A stretch of 64,000 nt of DNA from Syntrophales bacterium (GCA_035450185.1 DAOTMG010000005.1:7597-71596), one strand, 5' to 3'. Positions 43,067 through 54,155 are shown, counted from the stretch's first letter. Program-made: numbers and translations. Notes: generated from the letters alone by a model not told the origin.

Positions 43067-43640
43067 GGGTCAACCGCATCACCTTCCCGGTTCTGAACAA
43101 TCCATGCCTTGCATCCGTACTGCGATGACCCCATCAGGACCAACCCTCCCTTTTGAAATAATTCTTCAGTGCCCTGATGATCAATTTCTCGCCGGGGTTG
43201 ACAAAATGGCCGTCGCCCCCGTGGGCGGGCTGATCAAAATATCTGCGGAGAGCCTGCACGAGGGCATCCCCCTCCGTGTCACTCCCCAGGGCCTTTTGCT
43301 TGGCCGGTCTGTCCCTGTCGCCCGCGTCCGTCTCTTGTGTCCTCCACGGAATTTATCACCATATTCGCCAAAAAAAACCGCAAAAACAATACGCTGAAGA
43401 TATGATTTTGAATCAGAAAAAAGTATTAGGCCCACGGTAAGAACCCCGTATCCGGGACGAAAGAAACGGGCAGCGAGTTCCTCTTGGTTACCCGCGGCCA
43501 TCCCAATGGTGTTGAAATGCCCAAGAGAAAAGAGGTTGCCCTCCATGGGCCCTTGCTTCGATCCGTCAAACTCCGCTTCGAAATTCCCCCGGAAACGGAA
43601 AAAAGGGGTCACGCACACTTCGCAACCCCTTGAATTTGTT

Positions 43641-43717
<77 letters not shown>

Positions 43718-43729
43718 TCCTGATAAAAC

Positions 43730-43759
43730 ATATTAATTTCATTAAACTTCCATTGTCAA
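43730..43759 (-). promoter_or_regulatory. Sigma-70-like promoter for the initiator-like tRNA-Met
   Basis: On the minus strand: TTGACA, 18 nt, TAATAT. 12 nt upstream of the tRNA. Confidence 0.6.
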
Positions 43760-43820
43760 GGACATTTTGATAAATGCCCTTCCCGACCCTGTATCGACGC
43801 CTGGTTCGGCGATGTCTCTC

Positions 43821-44891
43821 TCAGGGCGTCTCGTGCGAAAAGACAACCTGGTCCTTCCCCTTTTCCTTGGCCCTGTACATGTTCAGATCAGCCCTCCGGA
43901 TAAAGGTCACCAGGTCCTCGTTATGGTTGAACTGGGAGACACCCGTGCTGACGGTCACCCGCACCGTTTTCCCGGGTTTCGGGGTAAAGACCTCCTTCTT
44001 GAACTCCTGCCGGATACGTTCGGCCGTCACCATCCCCTGCTCCCCGTCGGTGTCGGGCAGAATGACAACGAACTCCTCGCCCCCGTAACGGTAAGCCGAG
44101 TCCGTTCGCCTCAGGCAATTCCGAATGACGTCGGCAAACCGCAGAAGGACATTGTCGCCCTCGAGATGGCCGTAGGCGTCGTTGTATTGCTTGAAATTGT
44201 CGATATCCATCATGAGCAGGGTCAAGTTGTGGTTGTAGCGGTTCGTTCGCTCGATCTCCGCCGTGATCTGGTTGTAGAATTGCCTCGAGTTGTAGAGTTT
44301 GGTCAGGTTGTCGGTGATGCTCAGCTCCTGGTAGCGCCGTTCACTTTCCCGGAGCAAGGCCTCCGCCCGATTCCTCTCCGACAGCATCGCCCTCTCCCTC
44401 AGGACGCGCTTCAACCGGATCAGGAGCTCCTTGATGCCGACCGGTTTCAGCATGAAATCGCTGGCACCCTTCTCGATGATCTGCTCATAGGTGAAATCCT
44501 CGGCAAAACCCGTCATCACGATGACGTCGGCGCCGTGGTTCGCCTTGATGAGGGTGGTGAGCTCGATGCCGTTCATGCCCCCGGGCATCTTGATGTCGGT
44601 GATGACGATGTCCACCTTGTGTTTTTCGAGGATCTTGAGGGCCTCTTCCCCGCTCAGAGCGGAAAGGCAGTGATAGCCGAAATGCTGCAGGGCCTCCTGG
44701 ATGATGTCGCAGATCGGCTTTTCATCGTCGACGACGAGGATCTGGACGGTCCCGGCCTTTTCGCTTTCCACTTTGTCCATGTCAAGAATCGCGAGTTCGG
44801 CCGGAGGCGTCCTCCGGCCCCTGCGTTGTATCGCCATCGGGCCCGGCCGGTCGGTCATCGGTAAAACCGGCATCGACACCCCGCGCTGCAC
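43821..44891 (-). CDS. Response regulator receiver plus GGDEF diguanylate cyclase
   Basis: REC domain (ILVVDDEK..DIKMP) and a GGDEF domain with active site GGEEF. The start is uncertain; several in-frame starts lie between 44780 and 44891. Confidence 0.88.
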   Translation of the reverse strand: MQRGVSMPVLPMTDRPGPMAIQRRGRRTPPAELAILDMDKVESEKAGTVQILVVDDEKPICDIIQEALQHFGYHCLSALSGEEALKILEKHKVDIVITDIKMPGGMNGIELTTLIKANHGADVIVMTGFAEDFTYEQIIEKGASDFMLKPVGIKELLIRLKRVLRERAMLSERNRAEALLRESERRYQELSITDNLTKLYNSRQFYNQITAEIERTNRYNHNLTLLMMDIDNFKQYNDAYGHLEGDNVLLRFADVIRNCLRRTDSAYRYGGEEFVVILPDTDGEQGMVTAERIRQEFKKEVFTPKPGKTVRVTVSTGVSQFNHNEDLVTFIRRADLNMYRAKEKGKDQVVFSHETP

Positions 44892-44944
44892 ACGGAAAGA
44901 ACGACCCGACGCTGTTTTTTCGTCCCGCTGCGTCTGACGGCCCT

Positions 44945-45523
44945 TCAGAAAACGAAAACGGCCGCCGCAATCACCGTTGTGTAGGGACCCTTCTTGGGAA
45001 CGATGAAGGACTGGGTGACGTTGCGCGTCCGGACGATTTTGCCGCTGATCTTGAAGACCTCTTTCTTTTCGTCCCAGCTCTTGTCCACGTCAAAATCGAT
45101 GCCGAGGGTGGAGGCGAGCATGGCGGCGGCCAGGTCTTCCGCGTAATCCCCCGCCTGTTTTTCCGTCTGCCCGAAGGCATGATGCTCGCTGATATAGCCG
45201 TACTGGGTGAGATCCGCCGGAACGGCGCAGCCGACCGATGCCGCGAGCAACCGGTTGGGTTCGTTGCTGCCGCAACGGCTCATCACCGTGTACGTTATGC
45301 CTCCCGGGATCAACTCCTTCAGCCCCCTTCCCCTGGAAATCATCCTGCAGCCCGGCGGGAAGATGCTGGAGACGTAAACCAGGTTGAATTTCTCGATTCC
45401 CGCATCCCGGAGGGCCAGCTCGAAGGAGTGAAGCTCCTCCTTGTGGACCCCGACTCCCTTCGTGAAGAAAATCATCTTGGGAACGAATACCTGCACCCTG
45501 CCCTCTCCTCTTCTTCCATTCAT
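44945..45523 (-). CDS. pdaD: Pyruvoyl-dependent arginine decarboxylase
   Basis: [23 protein letters not shown] is PdaD-like and includes the Ser-Ser self-cleavage context. The start overlaps the speB stop (ATGA). Confidence 0.85.
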   Translation of the reverse strand: MNGRRGEGRVQVFVPKMIFFTKGVGVHKEELHSFELALRDAGIEKFNLVYVSSIFPPGCRMISRGRGLKELIPGGITYTVMSRCGSNEPNRLLAASVGCAVPADLTQYGYISEHHAFGQTEKQAGDYAEDLAAAMLASTLGIDFDVDKSWDEKKEVFKISGKIVRTRNVTQSFIVPKKGPYTTVIAAAVFVF

Positions 45524-46368
45524 TTTACGGCATATCCCATCATCCGGTAGGCGAGTTTCGCCGCCAGGAACTCCGGCGCCACCATCCCGGGGATGGGCGA
45601 CAGTTCGACGACGTCGAACCCCCTGATACGACTTGTCCCGGCTACTTCCCGGACAAGAGAAATCACATCGTGCCAGTCGAGCCCTCCCGGTTCCGGCGTG
45701 CCCGTCGCCGGCATCAGGGAAGGGTCAAAGACATCCAGGTCGACGGATATATAAACATCTTCCGTCAAATTTTCGCAAACCTTTTTTTCCCACTCCGGTG
45801 TCTTCCGCAGAACGTCCGGGGGAAACACCCGGATGCCCTTCTTCCCGATGAAGAGGGCCTCTTCCCGGCTCATGCTGCGTATCCCGACGTGGACCACGGG
45901 ACAGATCTCCAGGATCCTGCGGGCCACGCAGGCGTGACTGAAGGGCGATCCCTGGTAACGATCCCTCATGTCCGCGTGGGCATCCAGGTGGAGCACGGAC
46001 AGACGGGGGTACTTTTTCTTCAATGCCCGCACGCAGCCCGTGGAGATGCTGTGCTCCCCGCCGAGGACCACCGGGATCTTGCCGTGCCGGACGATCCCGT
46101 CTACAACCTCTTCGACCTTCCGGATCATCTCCCGCGGCCCCCGGGCATCGGGTTCCAGGAAGGGAAGCGTGTGGATTCCCGCCCGGTAGGTTTCCCTGCG
46201 GAGTTCCTCGTCATAGAGTTCCATGTTGCAGGAGGCGTCGAGGATGGCGGCGGGCCCGCGGCGTGATCCCGACTGGTAGGTGGAGGTCAGATCATAAGGA
46301 ACCGGCAGGACGACGAAGGAAGCCTTCCTGAAACCCGAAAACGCCTTCTCGATCCCGCCGAAATTCAT
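45520..46368 (-). CDS. speB: Agmatinase (ureohydrolase family)
   Basis: Mn-binding motifs GGEHS, DAHADM and SVDLDVFDP. The start is set at MNFGG, which has an AGGGGG RBS. Confidence 0.9.
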   Translation of the reverse strand: MNFGGIEKAFSGFRKASFVVLPVPYDLTSTYQSGSRRGPAAILDASCNMELYDEELRRETYRAGIHTLPFLEPDARGPREMIRKVEEVVDGIVRHGKIPVVLGGEHSISTGCVRALKKKYPRLSVLHLDAHADMRDRYQGSPFSHACVARRILEICPVVHVGIRSMSREEALFIGKKGIRVFPPDVLRKTPEWEKKVCENLTEDVYISVDLDVFDPSLMPATGTPEPGGLDWHDVISLVREVAGTSRIRGFDVVELSPIPGMVAPEFLAAKLAYRMMGYAVK

Positions 46369-46548
46369 CGCAGACCCCCTGGAATCGGTTTGACGACCTA
46401 ACACATTCTACAGACCCTGTCCAGTCTTTTTCGGCCTCCTTTTCGCAGAGTCCGCGCGCCGTCCCCCGCGCCGCGGGCCGCCCCCGTCCGCAGGGGTTTG
46501 CCGGAGATGTTGGACGGCCTCACCGGAGCGTGGTCCGGGGTTCCCGGA

Positions 46549-47277
46549 TCAGAAGGAGGGCCTGTAGAAGAGCAGGTTGAACTGCCCCCCTTCAAAAACG
46601 AGATAGGAAAAGTGCTCGATCCAGTCCCCCAGGGTCACGAATACCCGCTCCCGGCCATTCACCTCCGTCTTTCTGAGCAGGGGGTCGTGGCAATGGGCCA
46701 GGATCACGGCGTCGAATCCCTCCTCGAACTTTCGGAGAGAAAAATCATACATTTTCCCCGCCAGTCTCTCCCGGGTTTCGCCGAGCCACTTCTTGCTCGC
46801 CGTCGAACTGCCCTTGGCGACTTTCCACCAGAACGTCGATGGAAGCCATGCCCTGAGCCGGCCGAATGTTTTGCTCCGCAGGATTCTCCGGAGAAACAGG
46901 TACGAGGTGTCCCCCGTGTCCACCAGGTCTCCGTGGGCCAGGTACAGTTTTTTGCCTTCCAGCGTCACCACGGTCCAGTCCGGGATCACCTCCATGCCGA
47001 GTCTGTCACTGAAGTACGCTCTCAGGGCGAAGTCGTGGTTTCCCTCCAGGAGATGGACGGAAACCCCGCTTTCCTTCACCTCGACCAGCTTCCCGATCAT
47101 ATCCTGAAAGTCGGGATAGACCAGACCGTCGTCGGAGAACCAGAAGTCGAAAAAATCGCCGAGGATGTAGAGGTGATCGGCCTGTCCCTTCAGCGAACCG
47201 AGGAACCGGATCAGGCGGTCATAACCGATGTCGTCTCGGTGACGGAGATGGGCGTCGGCAATGAAGACTGTTTTCAT
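46549..47277 (-). CDS. lpxH: UDP-2,3-diacylglucosamine hydrolase
   Basis: Metallophosphoesterase motifs (FIADAHL, ILGDFFDFW, GNHD), at LpxH size. Confidence 0.85.
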   Translation of the reverse strand: MKTVFIADAHLRHRDDIGYDRLIRFLGSLKGQADHLYILGDFFDFWFSDDGLVYPDFQDMIGKLVEVKESGVSVHLLEGNHDFALRAYFSDRLGMEVIPDWTVVTLEGKKLYLAHGDLVDTGDTSYLFLRRILRSKTFGRLRAWLPSTFWWKVAKGSSTASKKWLGETRERLAGKMYDFSLRKFEEGFDAVILAHCHDPLLRKTEVNGRERVFVTLGDWIEHFSYLVFEGGQFNLLFYRPSF

Positions 47278-47323
47278 CTTACTCGAGGACCCGCGGCGGC
47301 GGAAACCACACCGGCGTGCCGCC

Positions 47324-47971
47324 TTAGAGGCTTCCTCTGACCAGCTTTTCGGAATTTCGGAACATGTCTTTTATCTCAGCGGGCCTGAGGCCGGCCCCGG
47401 CGGCGATTCGACGCGCCATCTCCGGGCCGACCAGATCCCGTGGCGCGTGACTGTCGGTGTTCAGGACAAGAGGGGCCTTGAACTCCCGGGCAAGTCTCGC
47501 GACGTGTCCGTTGGTGTAACCGTGCCCGTGACGGGTGGTGATCTCGAGGCAAACCCCGTTTTTTGCCGCTTTCTTCACGCAGTCGGGCGTGATGAGGCCG
47601 GGGTGCGCCAGAATATCCACACGGGATTCGATGGCCGCCCGGTTGGTCCCCGGGGCGACGGGCTCAACAATCGTCTCCCCGTGAACAACGACGATTTTCG
47701 CACCGAGCCGGCGGGCCTCCTTGACGAGCCCCGGGATGAGAACGGGGGGCACATGGGTGATTTCGATCCCGGCGATGGCCTGGATGGGACAAACCGCGGA
47801 GATCTCGCGGCAGGCCTGACGGACGCGGGGCAGAATAAAATCCAGATTGGAGTGATCGGCGTGATCCGTGATGGCGATGGCCCGGTATCCCGTCGCCACG
47901 GCCCTGCGGATGAGCTCCGACGGGATGAGCTCCCCGTCGCTGAAGATGGAGTGCGTGTGCAGATCAATCAT
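47324..47971 (-). CDS. PHP-domain phosphoesterase (histidinol-phosphatase-like)
   Basis: Start at MIDLHTHSIFSDG with an AAGGAG RBS. PHP His/Asp motifs are present (ITDHAD, VVHGE, DSH). Confidence 0.8.
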   Translation of the reverse strand: MIDLHTHSIFSDGELIPSELIRRAVATGYRAIAITDHADHSNLDFILPRVRQACREISAVCPIQAIAGIEITHVPPVLIPGLVKEARRLGAKIVVVHGETIVEPVAPGTNRAAIESRVDILAHPGLITPDCVKKAAKNGVCLEITTRHGHGYTNGHVARLAREFKAPLVLNTDSHAPRDLVGPEMARRIAAGAGLRPAEIKDMFRNSEKLVRGSL

Positions 47972-48217
47972 GTGGGGCTCCTTCCCCCTTCGTTGAGATG
48001 GGTTTCCGGCCGATCTCCCCGGGGCGTCCCGGAGGTTTCCCGGCGATCCACCTTCCGGGTTTTGAATCATCCAACCGCACGACATCTAACAGATTTTCAT
48101 CGGCCCGTCAAACAAGTTATCCATTGATTTCGCGCTGCCAGTTGTATATGAATGTAACCGGGCCGGAGAGAGGAAAGTCCGGTCCGGCTACCGGGGGGCA
48201 AACAGCAGAGGCCGCCG

Positions 48218-49393
48218 ATGACGAAAATCCTGTACCGCTACATCCTGCGGGAGATCACCTACCCGTTCATCCTTGCCCTTTTCGTGGCGACCTTCGCCCT
48301 CATGATGGGCAAGATCATCCAGCTGATGGAACTCGTCATCAACAAGGGCGTGGGGTTCTGGAACATATCGAAGCTGATCCTCTTCATGATGCCGGGGCTC
48401 CTTCTGTTCACCATCCCGCTCGCTTTTCTCATCGCCATCCTGATGGGTATCGGGCGACTCTCCAGGGATAACGAGTGGACCGTCATGAAGAACGCCGGAC
48501 TCAGCCTCTACCAGCTCTCGCGGCCTGTCTTTGCCCTCGCCGTTGTCGCCTTTGTCATGACGACCGTGACCTCCCTCTTTCTCTTCCCCGAGGGCAACCA
48601 GGCTTCGAGAAATCTGATCATCGAGATCGCCCGGCAGAAGGCCAGCGCGGGCATCAAGGAGAAAGTCTTCAACGACGACTTCAGCGGCATCGTCCTCTAT
48701 GCCGACGAGATCCCCGTCGACGGCGAATCCATGGAGGGCCTGCTGCTCTTTGACGACCGCATCCAGTCGGAACCGAGCACCATCATCGCCCGGAAAGGCT
48801 ACCTGGTCGCATCGCCGGACTCGCCGGCCGTGACCCTGCGATTGGAGAACGGGAGCATCCACTCCGTGAATCCGAATCTCAGGAGTTACAAAAAAATCGA
48901 CTTCAGCAGCTATGACGTCAGTCTGGAGCTGCAGACGAGCGTCGCCGACGCCGGCAAATTCGCCGTGAAAAGAATCCAGGAGATGACCTTTCCGGAAATG
49001 GTCCGCCACCTCGGCAGTCTCGAACCGTCGCTGCCGGTCTCGAGACTCCGGGAAATGAAAATCGAACTCCACAAGCGTTTCGCCATTCCTCTTTCCTGCC
49101 TGATCTTCGCCGTCGTCGGGATGCCCCTGGGCATCACGCCGGGCCGTTCCGCCCGTCTGAGGGGTTTCACCACGGCCCTGGCCGTCGTCGTCGCCTATTA
49201 CCTGCTCACGCTGAGCGGCACGGCTCTCGGGGAAACGGGCCGCATCCCCCCCGCCGTCGGTGCCTGGGTGCCCAATGCCGTTTTCGCCGCGGCGGGCGCG
49301 GTCCTCTTCGTCCGTAAAGCCGAGGAGAAATCCCTGGACTGGGACCTCCGCCAGAAGGTACGGTCGTTTCTCAAGCGGGGGGGGACACCGTGA
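48218..49393 (+). CDS. lptF: LPS export ABC permease LptF
   Basis: YjgP/YjgQ family, beginning MTKILYRYILREI. Paired with a downstream paralogue that it overlaps. Confidence 0.88.
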   Translation: MTKILYRYILREITYPFILALFVATFALMMGKIIQLMELVINKGVGFWNISKLILFMMPGLLLFTIPLAFLIAILMGIGRLSRDNEWTVMKNAGLSLYQLSRPVFALAVVAFVMTTVTSLFLFPEGNQASRNLIIEIARQKASAGIKEKVFNDDFSGIVLYADEIPVDGESMEGLLLFDDRIQSEPSTIIARKGYLVASPDSPAVTLRLENGSIHSVNPNLRSYKKIDFSSYDVSLELQTSVADAGKFAVKRIQEMTFPEMVRHLGSLEPSLPVSRLREMKIELHKRFAIPLSCLIFAVVGMPLGITPGRSARLRGFTTALAVVVAYYLLTLSGTALGETGRIPPAVGAWVPNAVFAAAGAVLFVRKAEEKSLDWDLRQKVRSFLKRGGTP

Positions 49394-50469
49394 CGATTGT
49401 CCGTCGATACATCACGAGGGAGTTTCTGAAGCTCTTCGGGCTGGTCCTCCTGTCCTTTCTTTCGATCTACCTGATTGTCGATTTCTTCGAGCGGATCCGC
49501 ATGTTTCTAAGCAACCAGGCCTCCATCGGCCAGATGGCCTCCTACTTTCTCTACACGCTGCCGATGATCGCCGCCCAGGCCGTCCCGGTCTCGGTCCTCC
49601 TTGCGACCCTGCTCACCTTCGGCATGCTGTCGAGGAATCACGAACTGGTCGCCCTGAAAGCCGGAGGGATCAGCATGCACCGGGCCTCTCTGCCGATCCT
49701 CTACCTGGCCGCCGCCGCCTGTCTTCTGGTCTTCTTTCTCAACGAATTCGTGACCCCCCACACCAACCAGCGGGCACGTCACATCAAGCTGGTGGAGATC
49801 CAGAAGCAGAAAAAAACGGGTGTCTTCAAGAAGAACCAGGTCTGGTTCAGGGCGAAGAACAGCATCTACAACTTCACGATCTTCGACCCCGAGAAGAACA
49901 CCCTCCAGGGCATCAGCATCCATTACTTCGACCCGGACTTCAACCTGATCAAGCGGATCGACGCCCGGAGCGCCGCCTGGGTCGACGATCACTGGGTGTT
50001 CTCCGATGTCCTGGTGACCCGTTTCCCCGCCGGCTCCGTTCCAACCTTCGAACGATTCGACACCATGGCCATCGACATCCCGGAGAAACCTTCCGATTTT
50101 CAGGTGGTTCAGAAAAGCGCCGACGAGATGGGCTATCTGGAGTTACGGGGGTACATCCGGAAAATTCAGGAGGAAGGTTACGACGTGACCCGCTATGAAG
50201 CGGATCTGCAGGGGAAAATCGCCTTTTCGCTGGTGAGTGTCTTCGTGGTCATGGTCGGCATCGCCTTTTCCATGCGGCCCGAGAGAAGCGGCGGGGTTGC
50301 GCAGGGCATCGGCATCGGCCTCATCATCGGCTTTTCCTACTGGATCCTTTTCGCCTTCTGCCTGTCCCTGGGACGCTCCGGAACGCTCCCGCCGATGCTC
50401 GCCGCCTGGACGCCCAACCTCCTCTTCGGTTCACTCTCAGCCTACCTCTTCAAGGGCATCCACACCTGA
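49390..50469 (+). CDS. lptG: LPS export ABC permease LptG
   Basis: YjgP/YjgQ family, beginning IVRRYITREFLKLF. Overlaps the lptF stop. Confidence 0.88.
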   Translation: MTIVRRYITREFLKLFGLVLLSFLSIYLIVDFFERIRMFLSNQASIGQMASYFLYTLPMIAAQAVPVSVLLATLLTFGMLSRNHELVALKAGGISMHRASLPILYLAAAACLLVFFLNEFVTPHTNQRARHIKLVEIQKQKKTGVFKKNQVWFRAKNSIYNFTIFDPEKNTLQGISIHYFDPDFNLIKRIDARSAAWVDDHWVFSDVLVTRFPAGSVPTFERFDTMAIDIPEKPSDFQVVQKSADEMGYLELRGYIRKIQEEGYDVTRYEADLQGKIAFSLVSVFVVMVGIAFSMRPERSGGVAQGIGIGLIIGFSYWILFAFCLSLGRSGTLPPMLAAWTPNLLFGSLSAYLFKGIHT

Positions 50470-50482
50470 ACCGGTCCCGGAA

Positions 50483-51739
50483 TCAGGTGCCCAGCTCCCA
50501 GGACCGCAGGTACTTTTTCTGTTCCGCCGTCAGCCCGTCGATCCGCACACCCATGCTCTTGAGCTTGAGGCGCGCAATTTCACGGTCTATGGCATCCGGC
50601 ACGGCGTAAACGATGTTCTGAAGCGTCTTCCCCTTCTTCACCAGGTATTCCGCCGACAGGGCCTGATTGGCGAAACTCATGTCCATGACGCCGGGCGGAT
50701 GCCCCTCCGCCGCCGTCAGATTGATGAGCCGTCCCTCCCCGAGAACATAGACGCGCCTGCCGTTCGTCAGACGGTATTCCTGGATGTAATCCCTGACTCT
50801 CCGCTTGCCCCGGGAGACGGCCTCGAGACCCTCCAGATCCAGTTCGACGTTGAAATGACCGGAATTGGCTACGATGGCGCCGTCTTTCATTTTCAGGAAA
50901 TGCTCCCTTCGGATGACATTCACATCGCCCGTGAGGGTGCAGAACACATCCCCTTCCCTCGCGGCCTGCGAAAGGGGGATCACACGGTGACCGTCCATGA
51001 CGGCCTCGAGGGCCCGGAGCGGGTCGACCTCGGTCACAATGACGTTCGCTCCCATCCCCGCAGCCCGCAGCGCAACACCCTTTCCGCACCACCCGTAGCC
51101 GCAGACCACGAAATTCGTTCCCGCTATGAGCCGGTTCGTCGCCCGGATGATCCCGTCGAGAGTGCTCTGACCGGTTCCGTAGCGGTTGTCGAACATGAAC
51201 TTGGTCCGGGCGTCATTGACCGCGATCAGGGGGAACCGCAGAATCCCTTTTTCCGCCATGGCCCTCAGGCGAATGACGCCCGTCGTCGTTTCCTCCGTTC
51301 CGCCCAGAATGTTCCGGATCAGTTCCCGGCGCTTGGCGTGGATCGTGGAAACGAGATCGGCCCCGTCATCCATGGTCAGGGACGGCCGGGCATCGAGCAC
51401 GGCGTTGATGTGCCCGTAGTAGGTCCGGGTGTCTTCCCCCTTGACGGCGTACACGGCCATCTTCTTGAACCGGACGAGGTAGGCGGCCACGGGGTCCTGC
51501 GTGCTCAGGGGATTGGAGGCGCAGAGATGAACCTCGGCACCGCCGGCCTGTAGGGTTTCCGCAAGATTCGCCGTCTCCGCCGTCACATGCAGGCAGGCGC
51601 CGACCCGCACGCCCCGGAGAGGCTTTTCTTTCCGGAACCTCTCCCGGATGATGTTCAGCACGGGCATGCTCATCGCCGCCCATTCGACGCTCGACTTGCC
51701 CTGGTCGGCGAGTCTCAGATCCTTGACGTCGTATTTCAT
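50483..51739 (-). CDS. ahcY: Adenosylhomocysteinase
   Basis: 418 aa. NAD site [12 protein letters not shown] and conserved N- and C-terminal regions. Confidence 0.95.
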   Translation of the reverse strand: MKYDVKDLRLADQGKSSVEWAAMSMPVLNIIRERFRKEKPLRGVRVGACLHVTAETANLAETLQAGGAEVHLCASNPLSTQDPVAAYLVRFKKMAVYAVKGEDTRTYYGHINAVLDARPSLTMDDGADLVSTIHAKRRELIRNILGGTEETTTGVIRLRAMAEKGILRFPLIAVNDARTKFMFDNRYGTGQSTLDGIIRATNRLIAGTNFVVCGYGWCGKGVALRAAGMGANVIVTEVDPLRALEAVMDGHRVIPLSQAAREGDVFCTLTGDVNVIRREHFLKMKDGAIVANSGHFNVELDLEGLEAVSRGKRRVRDYIQEYRLTNGRRVYVLGEGRLINLTAAEGHPPGVMDMSFANQALSAEYLVKKGKTLQNIVYAVPDAIDREIARLKLKSMGVRIDGLTAEQKKYLRSWELGT

Positions 51740-51769
51740 CCCTTCCTCGCTCTTCCTCCGGATCCGGCG

Positions 51770-52954
51770 CTACCGCAGACCCGCCGCCTTCCGGAGACGC
51801 GCGGCCTTGTCCGTCTTCTCCCAGCGGAATCCATCGAGGAAAAAGCTCCTGGGGATCCGGCGGTAGACATCACCGTTGAGCAGATCGAATTGCCGGATCA
51901 TGCCGGCGGGGGTGAAATCAAAGACCCGCGTGATGATTTCGGAGAGCTTCCGGTCGGGCAGTTTGCCCGTCCCGAAGGTGTCCACAAAGACGTTGAAGGG
52001 CCGGGCGATGCCGATCGCGTAGGCCAGCTGGATGGAAATCTTCCGGGCAAGGCCGGCGGCCACCACATTCTTCGCCGCGTACCGGGCGCCGAAGGCGGCC
52101 GAACAATCGACCTTCTCGGGCGATTTGTTGACGACCGAGCCGCCGCCCACCTGGGCACCGGGGTAGCCGCCGTAGAACTGGACAACGAGCTTGCGCCCCG
52201 TGACACCGGAATCGGCCGCGCTGCAGGAGTTGACGGCGCTCCACTCCCCCGTCGGATTGAAGAAAAACTCCGTCTTGCCGTCCGCCCATTTCCCCAGGGA
52301 ACGAAAGGCCAACTGCCGGGCCATCGATTTCACCTTGTCTCTTTGCCCCTTTTTCACCTTCCGGTAGTCCACCGCATTGGAAACCAGCACCTTGGCGACC
52401 CGCAGCGGCTTTCCCGTATCGTCATCGTACTCCACCGTCACCTGTCCCTTGCCGTCGGGCGCGAAGACGGGGTTTCCGCAATTCTCGAGAACCCTCATGA
52501 GACGATTGACGAGTACATAGGGCAGAGGGAGCAGTTCGGGCGTCTCATCGACGGCAAATCCGTACATGATGCCCTGGTCACCGGCCCCGATCTCCTTGTG
52601 AGCGCTCAGGTGCGCCCTTGTCCCGATATTGATATCCGGGGACTGCGGGATGATCGCGTTCAGGATGCCCATGTTGTTGCCGTTCAGACCGACGGCCGCA
52701 TCGTTGTAACCCAGGGAAAGGACCGTTTCCCGGACGATCCTTTCCACATCGATATGGGCCCGGGTCGTCACCTCGCCGCCGACGAGACAGAAGGCCTTCC
52801 CGAGAAAGACCTCGATGCCGCAGTGGGGCATATTGTGAACATGGAGCCCCATCTTCCGTTCCTTGTCGAGAATGTCGGCGATGATGTTGGCGGAAATCTG
52901 GTCCGCAACCAGATCGGGGTGTCCTACTTTGATGCTTTCCGCTGATACGAGCAT
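51770..52954 (-). CDS. metK: S-adenosylmethionine synthetase
   Basis: GHPDLVADQIS, GAGDQG and GGGSVVNKSP motifs. The ATG at 52954 with a GGAGG RBS is preferred over the TTG at 52975. Confidence 0.93.
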   Translation of the reverse strand: MLVSAESIKVGHPDLVADQISANIIADILDKERKMGLHVHNMPHCGIEVFLGKAFCLVGGEVTTRAHIDVERIVRETVLSLGYNDAAVGLNGNNMGILNAIIPQSPDINIGTRAHLSAHKEIGAGDQGIMYGFAVDETPELLPLPYVLVNRLMRVLENCGNPVFAPDGKGQVTVEYDDDTGKPLRVAKVLVSNAVDYRKVKKGQRDKVKSMARQLAFRSLGKWADGKTEFFFNPTGEWSAVNSCSAADSGVTGRKLVVQFYGGYPGAQVGGGSVVNKSPEKVDCSAAFGARYAAKNVVAAGLARKISIQLAYAIGIARPFNVFVDTFGTGKLPDRKLSEIITRVFDFTPAGMIRQFDLLNGDVYRRIPRSFFLDGFRWEKTDKAARLRKAAGLR

Positions 52955-52971
52955 AAAACCTACCTCCGTTA

Positions 52972-53727
52972 TCAATGGTTCGCGTTTTTTTCCGTTATCC
53001 GATGTACGTCATAGGGAATGACAGCCGCCTGCGGGTTTTCGGAAGACCCGCCGGCACGGCCCGTCCGCGGATGCGGCGGTGCGACGATCCCCCCGGACAT
53101 GATCAGCTTGAAGGCCTCCTCGACCGTCATGTCAAGACGGGTGGTCTCACGTTCAGGGACCATCATGTAGAACCCGGACGTGGGGTTGGGGGTCGTCGGG
53201 ATGAATATGTTGATGCATTTCTCTTCTGTTTTTTCCTGGACCTCCCCCGACGCCATTCCTGTGACAAAGGCCACCGTGTACAGACCTTTTCTGGGAAACT
53301 CCACCAGAACAACCCGCTTGAAACTCTCACCCTTCGCGCTCACCATGGCGTCGACGATCTGTTTCAGGGCCTGGTAGATCCCCCGGACCAGCGGGACCCT
53401 GTAGACCAGCGACTCCCCCCAGAGCAGCAGACGCCGGCCCAGAAGGCTGCGGGTCGCCAGTCCCACGGCGAAGATGAGAATCAGGGTGAAGATGATGCCC
53501 AACCCCGGAATGTGGAACCCAAGGACCTGGTCCGGATGATGGCGGCTCGGGATGATATGGAGCAGTCCGTCCATCAGGCTGATCAGAAAAAAGAGGATAT
53601 AAATGGTCAACCCGATCGGAATGGTGACAGCCAGTCCCGTCAGGAATATGGGCTTGATCTTTTTTCTCATTTTTTCGCGGGCTTTGCTGGGCCTTCCCAT
53701 AACAGAAGTGCCCGGTACTTTCAACAA
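52972..53727 (-). CDS. DUF502-family membrane protein
   Basis: Two N-terminal TM helices and the pattern ..IPGLGIIFTLILIF..VLVEFPRKG... The start may be at 53670. Confidence 0.75.
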   Translation of the reverse strand: MLKVPGTSVMGRPSKAREKMRKKIKPIFLTGLAVTIPIGLTIYILFFLISLMDGLLHIIPSRHHPDQVLGFHIPGLGIIFTLILIFAVGLATRSLLGRRLLLWGESLVYRVPLVRGIYQALKQIVDAMVSAKGESFKRVVLVEFPRKGLYTVAFVTGMASGEVQEKTEEKCINIFIPTTPNPTSGFYMMVPERETTRLDMTVEEAFKLIMSGGIVAPPHPRTGRAGGSSENPQAAVIPYDVHRITEKNANH

Positions 53728-53791
53728 CTATTTATTCAAAAAAAAAGGCAAAGTCCGGCGACTTTGCCTTCCCGTCCGCGACGGCAGACCG

Positions 53792-54145
53792 TCAGGGCCG
53801 CTTGATCCTGTTTTTTTCATCCACGTAGACACACTTCGGCGCCCACTTTTTAATGGAATCGTCATCCACCATGACATAACTGGCAACGATGATGACGTCG
53901 CCCCTGGAGGCCTTCCGAGCCGCCGCCCCGTTGAGGCAAATGACGCCGCTTCCCTTCCTGCCCTTGATCACGTAGGTGGAAAACCGCTCCCCGTTGGAGA
54001 CATTGTAGATGCTTACCTTTTCGAAGGGCACCAGGTCCGCCTTCTGCATCAGCGCTTCGTCAATGGTGATGCTCCCCTCATAGTTGAGGTTGGCATCGGT
54101 GACCGTCACCCTGTGCAGCTTCGATTTCAGCATGAATCTCTGCAT
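53792..54145 (-). CDS. panD: Aspartate 1-decarboxylase (pyruvoyl)
   Basis: [25 protein letters not shown], including the Gly-Ser self-processing site. Confidence 0.95.
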   Translation of the reverse strand: MQRFMLKSKLHRVTVTDANLNYEGSITIDEALMQKADLVPFEKVSIYNVSNGERFSTYVIKGRKGSGVICLNGAAARKASRGDVIIVASYVMVDDDSIKKWAPKCVYVDEKNRIKRP

Positions 54146-54155
54146 GGTCCCGTCC

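Noticed and set aside
43181-43618. 145-aa minus-strand ORF between the IS remnant and the tRNA-Met.
   Set aside because: There is no RBS and no recognisable motif.  Composition is heterogeneous and it spans an AT-rich patch.  It sits in a region interpreted as decayed insertion debris.
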